Assembly (NCBI GenBank): GCA_977020255.1
Contig: CDROCS010002724.1
Span: 1 to 64,000, forward strand
Origin: Obrimoposthia wandeli
Lineage: Eukaryota
Direction: 5' to 3'
DNA: 64,000 nucleotides
Shown: positions 50,314 through 60,536 of the stretch, piece by piece
Numbering within the stretch: position 1 is the first letter of the stretch
How the letters are laid out: each line of letters opens with the position of its first letter
Notes under the pieces: generated by a model
What the model saw: the letters and a program-made list of their open reading frames with translations, nothing else
The model's database searches: none
What the model was told of the DNA's origin: nothing
Translations under genes and position numbers: made by a program

Positions 50314-50466
50314 TAGTTTAAGTAACACTTAGGTTTTCAAGTAATTAAACCTTAAAAAGGTAATTATCTAACCTCTTATTCAATAATTTCTCAACAAAAA
50401 CAACATTAAATTATGTTTTCGGCATGTTTATTGTATTTAACAATGCTTTAACATAAATCACAAACT

Positions 50467-50514
50467 ATGAAAAACTATCTACTAAACAGTTTTAATTGGT
50501 GGGAGAATTGTTAA
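50467..50514 (+). CDS. Candidate small ORF MKNYLLNSFNWWENC (15 aa)
   Basis: A-rich leader with A at -3; phased TTTAAC pair upstream; terminator 14 nt downstream. Confidence 0.4.
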   Translation: MKNYLLNSFNWWENC

Positions 50515-50527
50515 ATGAAAAGGAAAG

Positions 50528-50560
50528 AAAAAACTCGAAGTATGCTAGCTTCGAGTTTTT
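50528..50560. terminator. Bidirectional terminator
   Basis: A6-CTCGAAG-TATGCTAG-CTTCGAG-T5. Confidence 0.85.
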
Positions 50561-50588
50561 GTTTTTTATAGTAATATGTAATAACTAA

Positions 50589-52280
50589 TTATCTAATTAG
50601 CTTTCTATATTTAATTCGTTTTGGCATTAAATCTCCACCTAAACGTTTCTTTTTATTTTCTTCATATTCAGAGAAACCTCCTTCAAAGAAATACACTTCA
50701 CTATTACCTTCAAAAGCTAAAATGTGTGTACAAACTCTATCTAAAAACCATCTATCGTGACTAATAACTACTGCACAACCTGCAAAATTATCTAAACCTT
50801 CTTCTAAAGCTCTTAATGTATTTACATCCAAGTCGTTTGTTGGCTCATCTAATAATAAAACGTTTCCTTCTTCTTTTAAAGTCATCGCTAAATGCAAACG
50901 GTTACGCTCACCTCCAGAAAGTGTAGAAACCTTCTTATTTTGCTCACTTCCACCGAAATTAAAACGACTTAAATAAGCTCTAGAATTTACTTGCTTACCT
51001 CCCATCATTACTAAATCTTGACCTTCAGAAAAGTTTTCCCAAATAGATTTATCTTGATCGATATTAGAGTGTGCCTGATCTACATAAGCAATCTTTGCAG
51101 TTTCACCTACTTTGAAACTTCCTGCATCTGGAGTTTCCTCTCCCATAATCATTTTAAAAATAGTGGTTTTACCAGCACCGTTTGGCCCAATAATTCCAAC
51201 AATTCCCGCTTGCGGAAGATTAAATTCTAAATTATCATATAATAATTTATCTCCGAATGCTTTCGAAACTCCACTCGCTTCAATTACATTAGTTCCCAAA
51301 CGTGGTCCGTTAGGAATGTAGATTTCTAATTTTTCGTCAGTTTGTTTCTGATCTTGACTCATCAATTTATCATAGTTCTTCAAACGTGCTTTTTGCTTTG
51401 TTTGACGCCCTTTTGCTCCTTGACGAACCCATTCTAATTCTCGTTCTAATGTTTTTTGACGCTTAGAAGCTGTTTTGCTTTCTTGTGCCATTCTTGTAGA
51501 TTTTTGATCTAACCAAGAAGAGTAATTCCCCTTCCAAGGAATTCCTTCTCCTCTGTCTAATTCTAAAATCCAACCTGCAACGTTATCTAAGAAATATCTA
51601 TCGTGCGTTACTGCAATTACAGTTCCTTTATATTGTGCTAAATGGTGCTCTAACCAGTGTACAGATTCTGCATCCAAGTGATTGGTAGGTTCATCTAATA
51701 ATAAAATTTCAGGTTCTTGTAATAAAAGTCTACATAAAGCAACTCTTCTTCTTTCCCCTCCTGATAAGTTTTTAATTGGCGTATCACCATCTGGAGTACG
51801 TAAAGCATCCATAGCGATTTCTAACTTCGTATCTAACTCCCAAGCATTAGAAGCATCAATTTTATCTTGAAGCTCTGCCTGTTGTGCCATTAACTTGTCC
51901 ATTTTATCAGCATCAGAATACACCTCTTCTAAACCAAACATATCGTTGATTTTGTTGTATTCTTCTAAAATAGCTACGGTTTCTGCAACACCTTCTCTTA
52001 CTATTTCGATAACCGTTTTGCTATCATCTAATTTTGGTTCTTGCTCTAAATAACCAACTTTATAACCTGGTGAGAAAGTTACATCTCCTTGGAAATTTTT
52101 TTCTACTCCTGCAATGATTTTTAATAAGGTAGATTTACCCGATCCGTTCAGACCTAAAATACCAATTTTTGCTCCGTAGAAGAAACTTAAATAAATATCT
52201 TTTAAAACTTGCTTATTGGTACTTTGAAAGGTCTTTGAAACCTTATTCATTGAAAAAATGACCTTCTTATCGTCTGACAT
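50589..52280 (-). CDS. ettA: Energy-dependent translational throttle ABC-F ATPase
   Basis: Two ABC domains (GLNGSGKS, GPNGAGKT, LSGGE), GIPWKGNYSSWL. Confidence 0.95.
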   Translation of the reverse strand: MSDDKKVIFSMNKVSKTFQSTNKQVLKDIYLSFFYGAKIGILGLNGSGKSTLLKIIAGVEKNFQGDVTFSPGYKVGYLEQEPKLDDSKTVIEIVREGVAETVAILEEYNKINDMFGLEEVYSDADKMDKLMAQQAELQDKIDASNAWELDTKLEIAMDALRTPDGDTPIKNLSGGERRRVALCRLLLQEPEILLLDEPTNHLDAESVHWLEHHLAQYKGTVIAVTHDRYFLDNVAGWILELDRGEGIPWKGNYSSWLDQKSTRMAQESKTASKRQKTLERELEWVRQGAKGRQTKQKARLKNYDKLMSQDQKQTDEKLEIYIPNGPRLGTNVIEASGVSKAFGDKLLYDNLEFNLPQAGIVGIIGPNGAGKTTIFKMIMGEETPDAGSFKVGETAKIAYVDQAHSNIDQDKSIWENFSEGQDLVMMGGKQVNSRAYLSRFNFGGSEQNKKVSTLSGGERNRLHLAMTLKEEGNVLLLDEPTNDLDVNTLRALEEGLDNFAGCAVVISHDRWFLDRVCTHILAFEGNSEVYFFEGGFSEYEENKKKRLGGDLMPKRIKYRKLIR

Positions 52281-52299
52281 TTTATTGTTTTTTTATTAA

Positions 52300-52482
52300 T
52301 TAAACTCTTCCTTTTAATGCATTAAAAACCCATGCATTTGCAAAGAAACCTAAACCCACTGCTGCAAATCCATAGCCAGCTACTTCATCATATCTAAAAG
52401 CTCCTAAACATACTAGTAAAAGACCTATTAAAATCATTATAAATGTTGCCCAAGCTAGGACAGTATTCTTATTCATTGCCAT
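52300..52482 (-). CDS. Small conserved two-TM membrane protein
   Basis: MAMNKNTVLAWATFIM; usual ettA neighbour in Flavobacteriaceae. Confidence 0.75.
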   Translation of the reverse strand: MAMNKNTVLAWATFIMILIGLLLVCLGAFRYDEVAGYGFAAVGLGFFANAWVFNALKGRV

Positions 52483-52595
52483 AATTTACTCTTTATAAAA
52501 AATGTGAACTGCAAATATCGGGATTTATTTTATCTTTAAATAATCCGCATAAAAAAATCTCACTCGAAGTAAGATTTTTAAAATATCTTTATTTT

Positions 52596-53582
52596 TTACC
52601 CTCTTGCTAACTTACGTAAAGCAACCCATTGTTTCATCATTTCACGAGCATCTGTTGCTGGATAACCAACTACTGTTTTTCCTGCGGCAACATCTGCAAT
52701 AACTCCAGATCCTGCTCCTACTTTTGCGCCCGAGTGAATTGTTGTGTGATCTTTTATTGAAGCACTTCCGCCAATAACAACACCATCACCTAAAGTAACA
52801 GAACCTGCTAAACCGCTATTTCCAGCCATAATGCAAAATTTACCTAATACCGAATTATGACCAATTTGCACTAAATTATCTATCTTACATCCATCTCCTA
52901 AAATTGTAGAACTAAACTTACCTCTATCTACACAAGAATTTGCTCCTATCTCTACCTGGTTTCCAATAACAACGTTTCCTATATGCGGAATCTTAGTCAA
53001 CCCTTTTTCACTTGGTCTGTAACCAAATCCGTCTGCCCCAATACTCACATTTGCATGAAAAATACAATCATTACCAATTACACTTCTTTCTCTAATTACG
53101 GTACCCGACCAAACGATCGTATTATTTCCTATAGTGGTATCATCAAAAATTGAAACATTCGGATACAAAATAACACCATCAGCTATAACTACATTTTTAC
53201 CAACATAGGTATTGGCACCAATCTTACAACCTACACCTATTTTTGCTGTTTTATCAATTACTGAAGTCGGATGAATATCCGTTTCGAAATAAGGACCTTC
53301 TTCCTGAAATGCTTCCAATAATGTTGCCATTGCTAAATCTGCATTTGTTACTTTAATAAATGCTTTATCAACTCCCGGTTCAATTTCTATTTTGGCGTCA
53401 ATAATTGCAGCACTTGCATTAGAATCATCCCATAAACGAGCAAACTTCTTATCTCCAATAAAAGTAATTTGTCCTTTTTTCGCTTTTTCTATTTGCTCTG
53501 GAGCTGTAATTTCTTCGGAACAATTCCCTATTAATTCTCCGTTTAATAATGAATTAATTTCTTTTATCGTAAATGATTTCAT
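52596..53582 (-). CDS. lpxD: UDP-3-O-(3-hydroxyacyl)glucosamine N-acyltransferase (LpxD family)
   Basis: Hexapeptide repeats, GADGFGY, IGANSCVDRG, IDNLVQIGHN. Confidence 0.92.
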   Translation of the reverse strand: MKSFTIKEINSLLNGELIGNCSEEITAPEQIEKAKKGQITFIGDKKFARLWDDSNASAAIIDAKIEIEPGVDKAFIKVTNADLAMATLLEAFQEEGPYFETDIHPTSVIDKTAKIGVGCKIGANTYVGKNVVIADGVILYPNVSIFDDTTIGNNTIVWSGTVIRERSVIGNDCIFHANVSIGADGFGYRPSEKGLTKIPHIGNVVIGNQVEIGANSCVDRGKFSSTILGDGCKIDNLVQIGHNSVLGKFCIMAGNSGLAGSVTLGDGVVIGGSASIKDHTTIHSGAKVGAGSGVIADVAAGKTVVGYPATDAREMMKQWVALRKLARG

Positions 53583-53684
53583 CTTGGTTTTTTGTAGTTA
53601 GTTTGCTAAAAATACTATTTAATTTTTTAACATAAAAAATCCTGCAAAAAAGCAGGACTTTTAATATTCGAGGGTCTTATATTT

Positions 53685-55760
<2,076 letters not shown>

Positions 55761-55793
55761 TTATTTTTTGAACTTAAAAAGTAAAAGAGTTAG

Positions 55794-55985
55794 AATGAAA
55801 AAGATGCAATGAGAATTGCAAATGAGAGTAAATTTAGTTTAGGTGGAGCTATTTTTCCTAAAAACGTTAAAAGAAACAAAATTAACTGAAGATCATTTTG
55901 ATACTTCAAAAATCTATCGATGCTCTTCGAAGGTGTAAAAAATGCTGGTTTTGGAAGAGAACACTGTGGTTTTAGTTTTAAATAA
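55794..55985 (+). pseudogene. 3' remnant of an aldehyde dehydrogenase gene
   Basis: NEKDAMRIANESKFSLGGAIF and FEGVKNAGFGRE match the ALDH C-terminal AN.S.(F/Y)GL and PFGG.K.SG.GRE motifs; broken frames, no 5' part. Confidence 0.75.
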
Positions 55986-56044
55986 ACAATTAATAAATTC
56001 TAACAAAACAAACCCTGTTCTTTTTTAAAGAATAGGGCTTGTTA

Positions 56045-56758
56045 TTAAATATTCATGGGTACATCAATAACTAATAATTTACTATGTTTATTGCCTGTAA
56101 TACTTACTGTTTCTGTATTATAAATACCTATTGCATCTCTTGCTTCTATCGTTTCATTTTCGATATCAATCGATCCATCTATTAAGAAAAAATAAGCGGA
56201 ATTTTTTAATTTATATGTAACTTCTATGCCTTTATCTAAATCAATCATTGCTATATATCCTTGTTGATTTATAGGTAAAGAGCCTGCTATTTGTTTATCT
56301 TTTGGAGATACTAATGTTTGAAATTTGTTTTTCCTGCCCGCTTTATCAAACATTTTTTGATTGTAATATGGTGTTGCATTTTCTATTTCTGGAATAATCC
56401 AAAGTTGTAAAAAGTTGACTTCGTCTGTTTTACTATCATTAAATTCTGAATGTGTCAAACCTGTTCCGGCACTCATAACTTGTACTTCTCCTACCTCTAT
56501 CGAACGCTTGTTATTCATACTGTCTTTATGAGACAATGCACCTGAAATCGGAATAGAAATAATTTCCATATTTTTATGAGGATGTGTACCAAAACCCATT
56601 TTTGGTTGTACAACATCGTCATTTAAAACACGGAGCATTCCAAAATTCATTCTTTCTGAATTTTGATAACTAGCAAAACTAAACGTGTGATTAGACTTTA
56701 ACCAACCATGATCTGCATAACCTCTAGAGGTCGCTCTGTGAATTATTTTTTTCATCAT
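56045..56758 (-). CDS. Pirin family protein (YhhW-like)
   Basis: HTFSFA, FGMLRVLNDD, GFGTHPHKNMEI, HSEFN. Confidence 0.93.
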   Translation of the reverse strand: MMKKIIHRATSRGYADHGWLKSNHTFSFASYQNSERMNFGMLRVLNDDVVQPKMGFGTHPHKNMEIISIPISGALSHKDSMNNKRSIEVGEVQVMSAGTGLTHSEFNDSKTDEVNFLQLWIIPEIENATPYYNQKMFDKAGRKNKFQTLVSPKDKQIAGSLPINQQGYIAMIDLDKGIEVTYKLKNSAYFFLIDGSIDIENETIEARDAIGIYNTETVSITGNKHSKLLVIDVPMNI

Positions 56759-56831
56759 TTTAAATATTTATCGCGTTCATAAAGTATATATAATGGCGAC
56801 TATTAGAACCAAAACTGTTTTCTGAAAAATG

Positions 56832-57701
56832 TTAATATAAATACCCCATTTTTCCTTTTTGATAATCACGCATAGCTTCCATAATTTCGGTTTGCGTGTT
56901 CATTACATAAGGGCCGTATTGCGTTATTTTTTCTTTAATAGGCGCTCCTGAAAGCACCAACAAGTTGGATGTATCTTTTGCTTCAATTTTTATTATATTT
57001 CCATCTTCATTGAAAACAACCATTTGTATTTCTCCTTTTTTTAATACTGTTGATTCATTTATCAGAATTTCACCATCTAACAAGTAAACTAACGACTGAT
57101 GACCTTCAGGAATATTAATCTCTATACTTCCTGATTCTTTAGATTTTAAGGTAAAAACATTCACTGCTGTTTGTGTTTTTATCAAACCAACTTTATTATT
57201 TTGTGTTCCCGCAATAACTTTTAACTGAATAGTTTTATCATCGTTTTCAATTACAGGGATATATTCACTTTTTAAATGTTGATAATTCGCTGGCATCATT
57301 TTTTTTGAAGCTGGCAGGTTTAACCACAATTGAATTCCTTCTAAATCACCTCCTTTTTTAATAAATTCTTTTGATGGGCCTTCTGCATGAATTATTCCTC
57401 TTCCAGCCGTTGTCCATTGTACATCTCCCGCTTTTACTAACATTTCATTTCCTAAGGAATCTCTATGCAATTGTTCTCCCTTAAATAATAATGTAATTGG
57501 TTCAAAACCACGATGTGGATGCGGTCCTAAATCAAACGGATTATTAAACTCACTAATTGCGTACGGTCCATAATGGTGTAATAACAAAAAAGGATCTACA
57601 TTTTCGATACCTTCAGTTGGCAATGGTTGTCGCAGTTTTATTGGCCCCATATCAACTAATGGACTCGCTACTTTATGTTGTATTGTTTTTAGTTTCTTCA
57701 T
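56832..57701 (-). CDS. Pirin family protein
   Basis: DPFLLLHH, PHPHRGFE, GIIHAE, QYGPYVMN. Confidence 0.93.
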   Translation of the reverse strand: MKKLKTIQHKVASPLVDMGPIKLRQPLPTEGIENVDPFLLLHHYGPYAISEFNNPFDLGPHPHRGFEPITLLFKGEQLHRDSLGNEMLVKAGDVQWTTAGRGIIHAEGPSKEFIKKGGDLEGIQLWLNLPASKKMMPANYQHLKSEYIPVIENDDKTIQLKVIAGTQNNKVGLIKTQTAVNVFTLKSKESGSIEINIPEGHQSLVYLLDGEILINESTVLKKGEIQMVVFNEDGNIIKIEAKDTSNLLVLSGAPIKEKITQYGPYVMNTQTEIMEAMRDYQKGKMGYLY

Positions 57702-57717
57702 TTTATATTGATAAAGT

Positions 57718-57733
57718 AATCTCCATGGAAAAT
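57718..57733. promoter_or_regulatory. CCAWGG-centred operator-like site 1
   Basis: AATCTCCATGGAAAAT upstream of pirin. Confidence 0.45.
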
Positions 57734-57779
57734 ATTTTTACGTAATTATTCAATTTCAATCTTATAACTACTAAACATA

Positions 57780-58217
57780 TTATCTTATTTTATCTAATAA
57801 ATCACTTAGCTGAGCAGCTTCTTTTTCTGTTAAATTACCTAAATAATCTAAATTCAATGATGTATCGATAGTACTTAATAATTCTAATCCTTGTTTAGAA
57901 ATATTAATGTAAACTACTCTTCTATCATGATCACAACGAATTCTTTCTATGAATTTTTTTTCGCATAACTTATCCATTAAACGAGTTGCGTTAGGAGCAC
58001 GCTCTATCATTCGGTCTTTAATAACCTGAACTTTTATAGCCTCTCCTGCTCCTCGTAAAATTCGTAGAATATTAAATTGCTGCGGTGAAATTCCGTAAGG
58101 TTTAAAAAACTCATTTTCGTTACTACTTAACCAATTTGCAGTATATTTAATATTTATTAAAGCTTTTACTTTATTACTTGGAAATTTAGATTTTATGTCT
58201 TTAGAAATATCTCCCAT
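57780..58217 (-). CDS. MarR family transcriptional regulator
   Basis: ISPQQFNILRILRG, NATRLMDKL, DRRVVYI. Confidence 0.93.
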   Translation of the reverse strand: MGDISKDIKSKFPSNKVKALINIKYTANWLSSNENEFFKPYGISPQQFNILRILRGAGEAIKVQVIKDRMIERAPNATRLMDKLCEKKFIERIRCDHDRRVVYINISKQGLELLSTIDTSLNLDYLGNLTEKEAAQLSDLLDKIR

Positions 58218-58248
58218 TTTTAATTGATCGTAATTAGTGTAAATTAGC

Positions 58249-58497
58249 TTATCCTTTTAGGCTAGCTTCCTTTAATATTTTATTAAACTCATCAGAAGTT
58301 GGTGTTAAATACACCTCATCATTAATAAATAATGTTGGGTATTTTAAAACTCCGTCATACAATTCTTTTGTATGTTCTTTAGCTTTTTCATCTGTAGCTA
58401 CATCTTTATATTCAAACGGAATATCTGCCATTCGTAAATAGTTTTTAAAAGCTACTGTGTGCGCATGTCCTTTTCTTCCGTATATAATAATCTTCAT
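58249..58497 (-). CDS. Glutaredoxin-like protein lacking cysteines
   Basis: IIIYG..., IPFEYKDV, YPTLFIND Grx/NrdH pattern; HAHT where CxxC is expected. Confidence 0.7.
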   Translation of the reverse strand: MKIIIYGRKGHAHTVAFKNYLRMADIPFEYKDVATDEKAKEHTKELYDGVLKYPTLFINDEVYLTPTSDEFNKILKEASLKG

Positions 58498-58543
58498 TTT
58501 TTCACCTCTTTGTATGAATACAAATTTACATAAAATTACTTTT

Positions 58544-58559
58544 AAATCCCAAGGAATAT
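58544..58559. promoter_or_regulatory. CCAWGG-centred operator-like site 2
   Basis: AAATCCCAAGGAATAT about 30 bp upstream of the TAAATTTG -7 element. Confidence 0.45.
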
Positions 58560-58580
58560 AAAGTCAGTTCATTTAATCAA

Positions 58581-59111
58581 TTACAATGATTTTTTAAATA
58601 TTAAAACAGCTTTTTCTAATTGATGTTTTAATTCTTCATTTACAATACTTCCTTCTTTATAATTATCAAAGAAACTAGGTAATGAAAAATCAGCAACTAC
58701 ATTTCCGCCCATATGTGGAAATCCGTTTTTAGCTATTGATAAAGCAGATGCTCCACCTCTTCCTCCAGGAGAAGTTGCCATTAATAACATCGGAATGTTA
58801 TTCCATAATTTCTGATTAATACGAGACATCCAATCATACATATTTTTAAATGCCACGGTAAAATTCCCATTATGCTCTGCTAACGATAAGACAACTCCGT
58901 CTGTATCTTGAAATAAATCAAAAAACTTCTGAGCATTCTTTGGAATTCCGTTTACAGTTTCTTCATCGATTCCATAAACTGGTAAAGGAAAATCATTTAA
59001 ATCTAAAATTGTTGTTACTGCTCCATCAACTAAACTAGCAGTATAAATTGCTAATTCTTTATTGATTGATTTTTTACTATTACTACCTGCAAAAGCTACT
59101 ATTTTTTTCAT
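58581..59111 (-). CDS. NADPH-dependent FMN reductase
   Basis: AGSNSKKSIN, AEHNG, ATSPGGRGG. Confidence 0.92.
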   Translation of the reverse strand: MKKIVAFAGSNSKKSINKELAIYTASLVDGAVTTILDLNDFPLPVYGIDEETVNGIPKNAQKFFDLFQDTDGVVLSLAEHNGNFTVAFKNMYDWMSRINQKLWNNIPMLLMATSPGGRGGASALSIAKNGFPHMGGNVVADFSLPSFFDNYKEGSIVNEELKHQLEKAVLIFKKSL

Positions 59112-59112
59112 T

Positions 59113-59520
59113 TTATATTATTTTTGATGTTATTGGTGTTTCTCCTTTTACCATTTTAGCAACAGGACATTTCGCTGCCATTTCTAACAACTTAATTCTT
59201 TGCGCTTCTGTAATTTCTTTTTCAAATGAAATTTCTTCTAGCAATGTTTTTTTAATCCCTTCGGATGTTAGTTCTTCTTTCTGAATTACATTAACAGTTA
59301 TTTTACCAACATCCCAGTTTTTACGCTCTGCATACATTCGTAATGTAATTGAAACACAGCTTCCAATTGCTGTTAATAAATACTCTACAGGCGTTGGTCC
59401 TTTATCATTACCTCCTTTATTTATTGGAACATCAATTACCGCCTTATAATTTCGCATAGTTGCCTCTGCAAAATAATTATTAGTTGTTAATATGGTTTCT
59501 GAAGATACTTTACTTGCCAT
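59113..59520 (-). CDS. OsmC family protein
   Basis: GPTPVEYLLTAIGSC, AAKCPV. Confidence 0.92.
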   Translation of the reverse strand: MASKVSSETILTTNNYFAEATMRNYKAVIDVPINKGGNDKGPTPVEYLLTAIGSCVSITLRMYAERKNWDVGKITVNVIQKEELTSEGIKKTLLEEISFEKEITEAQRIKLLEMAAKCPVAKMVKGETPITSKII

Positions 59521-59526
59521 TTATCT

Positions 59527-59877
59527 TTATATTTTTTTACTATACACATACGAAGTTATTAATAAAATCATTGCAACCAATGCTGCTGTTTGCTCACCAT
59601 CACCAATCATAACATGTGCAAAAAAAGCAAGTATAAATGCAAAGAAAAAACCTGCGTACACCCATTCTTTAATTGTTTTATTTGCCAAAAACCAAATAGC
59701 AACTAACCCTAATATTTTTGCTGCCGCATACGGATAAATAATATATGTTGGGTATCCAAAATTTGTAAACATCTGTATTACTGCTTCATGATTAAACAAA
59801 TACATTCCTGCAGAAAACAACATTAACAATGATAATAAACCTGTTGCTACGTAATATATAATTTTATTTTTTTTCAT
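59527..59877 (-). CDS. DoxX family membrane protein
   Basis: FGYPTY, KEWVYAGF; four TM. Confidence 0.88.
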   Translation of the reverse strand: MKKNKIIYYVATGLLSLLMLFSAGMYLFNHEAVIQMFTNFGYPTYIIYPYAAAKILGLVAIWFLANKTIKEWVYAGFFFAFILAFFAHVMIGDGEQTAALVAMILLITSYVYSKKI

Positions 59878-59922
59878 CTTTATTCATTTTAATTTCAATG
59901 CAAATGTACAAAAAATAAATTT

Positions 59923-59938
59923 AATTCCCATGGGTTTT
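59923..59938. promoter_or_regulatory. CCAWGG-centred operator-like site 3
   Basis: AATTCCCATGGGTTTT about 30 bp upstream of the TACATTTG -7 element. Confidence 0.45.
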
Positions 59939-59991
59939 AATTTCTAGGTAAATTACCGCAATAAAACAATAGTATTTTATACTTTTGTAAA

Positions 59992-60462
59992 ATGAATACA
60001 ATAGAAATAGAAAATTTTAAAACTCAATATTCTGCTCATTTTTATGATCTGAATATTGAATGGCTGAAAACCTTTTTTTATGTTGAACCTTTTGATGAAG
60101 AGGTTTTAAGCAACCCTACTAAATACATCATTAATAAAGGCGGACATATATTTTTCACAAAATTAAATGATGAAATTGTTGGTACAGTTGCCTTAATGCC
60201 TAAAGGAACTACTTTCGAGTTAACGAAAATGGCCGTTTCACCAAAACACAGAGGTTTTAAAATCGGACAACAATTAATGCAGCATTGCATAAATTTTGCT
60301 AAAACTGATTTACAATTAAATAACTTAATTTTATATTCTAATACCGCCCTAGAAAACGCTATTTACATCTATAAAAAATATGGCTTTATAGAAATTCCAG
60401 TTGAAGAAAATTGCCCGTACGAACGTTGTAATATTAAAATGGAATTACATCTAAACAATTAA
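59992..60462 (+). CDS. GNAT acetyltransferase
   Basis: ELTKMAVSPKHRGFKIG, AIYIYKKYGF. Confidence 0.9.
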   Translation: MNTIEIENFKTQYSAHFYDLNIEWLKTFFYVEPFDEEVLSNPTKYIINKGGHIFFTKLNDEIVGTVALMPKGTTFELTKMAVSPKHRGFKIGQQLMQHCINFAKTDLQLNNLILYSNTALENAIYIYKKYGFIEIPVEENCPYERCNIKMELHLNN

Positions 60463-60488
60463 AAAACTCCAGCTTTCACTGGAGTTTT
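60462..60488. terminator. Bidirectional terminator
   Basis: AAAAACTCCAG-CTTTCA-CTGGAGTTTT. Confidence 0.8.
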
Positions 60489-60536
60489 CACTTCAAAATA
60501 AAATATATAATTAACTAATTATACACTTCTAATTTA

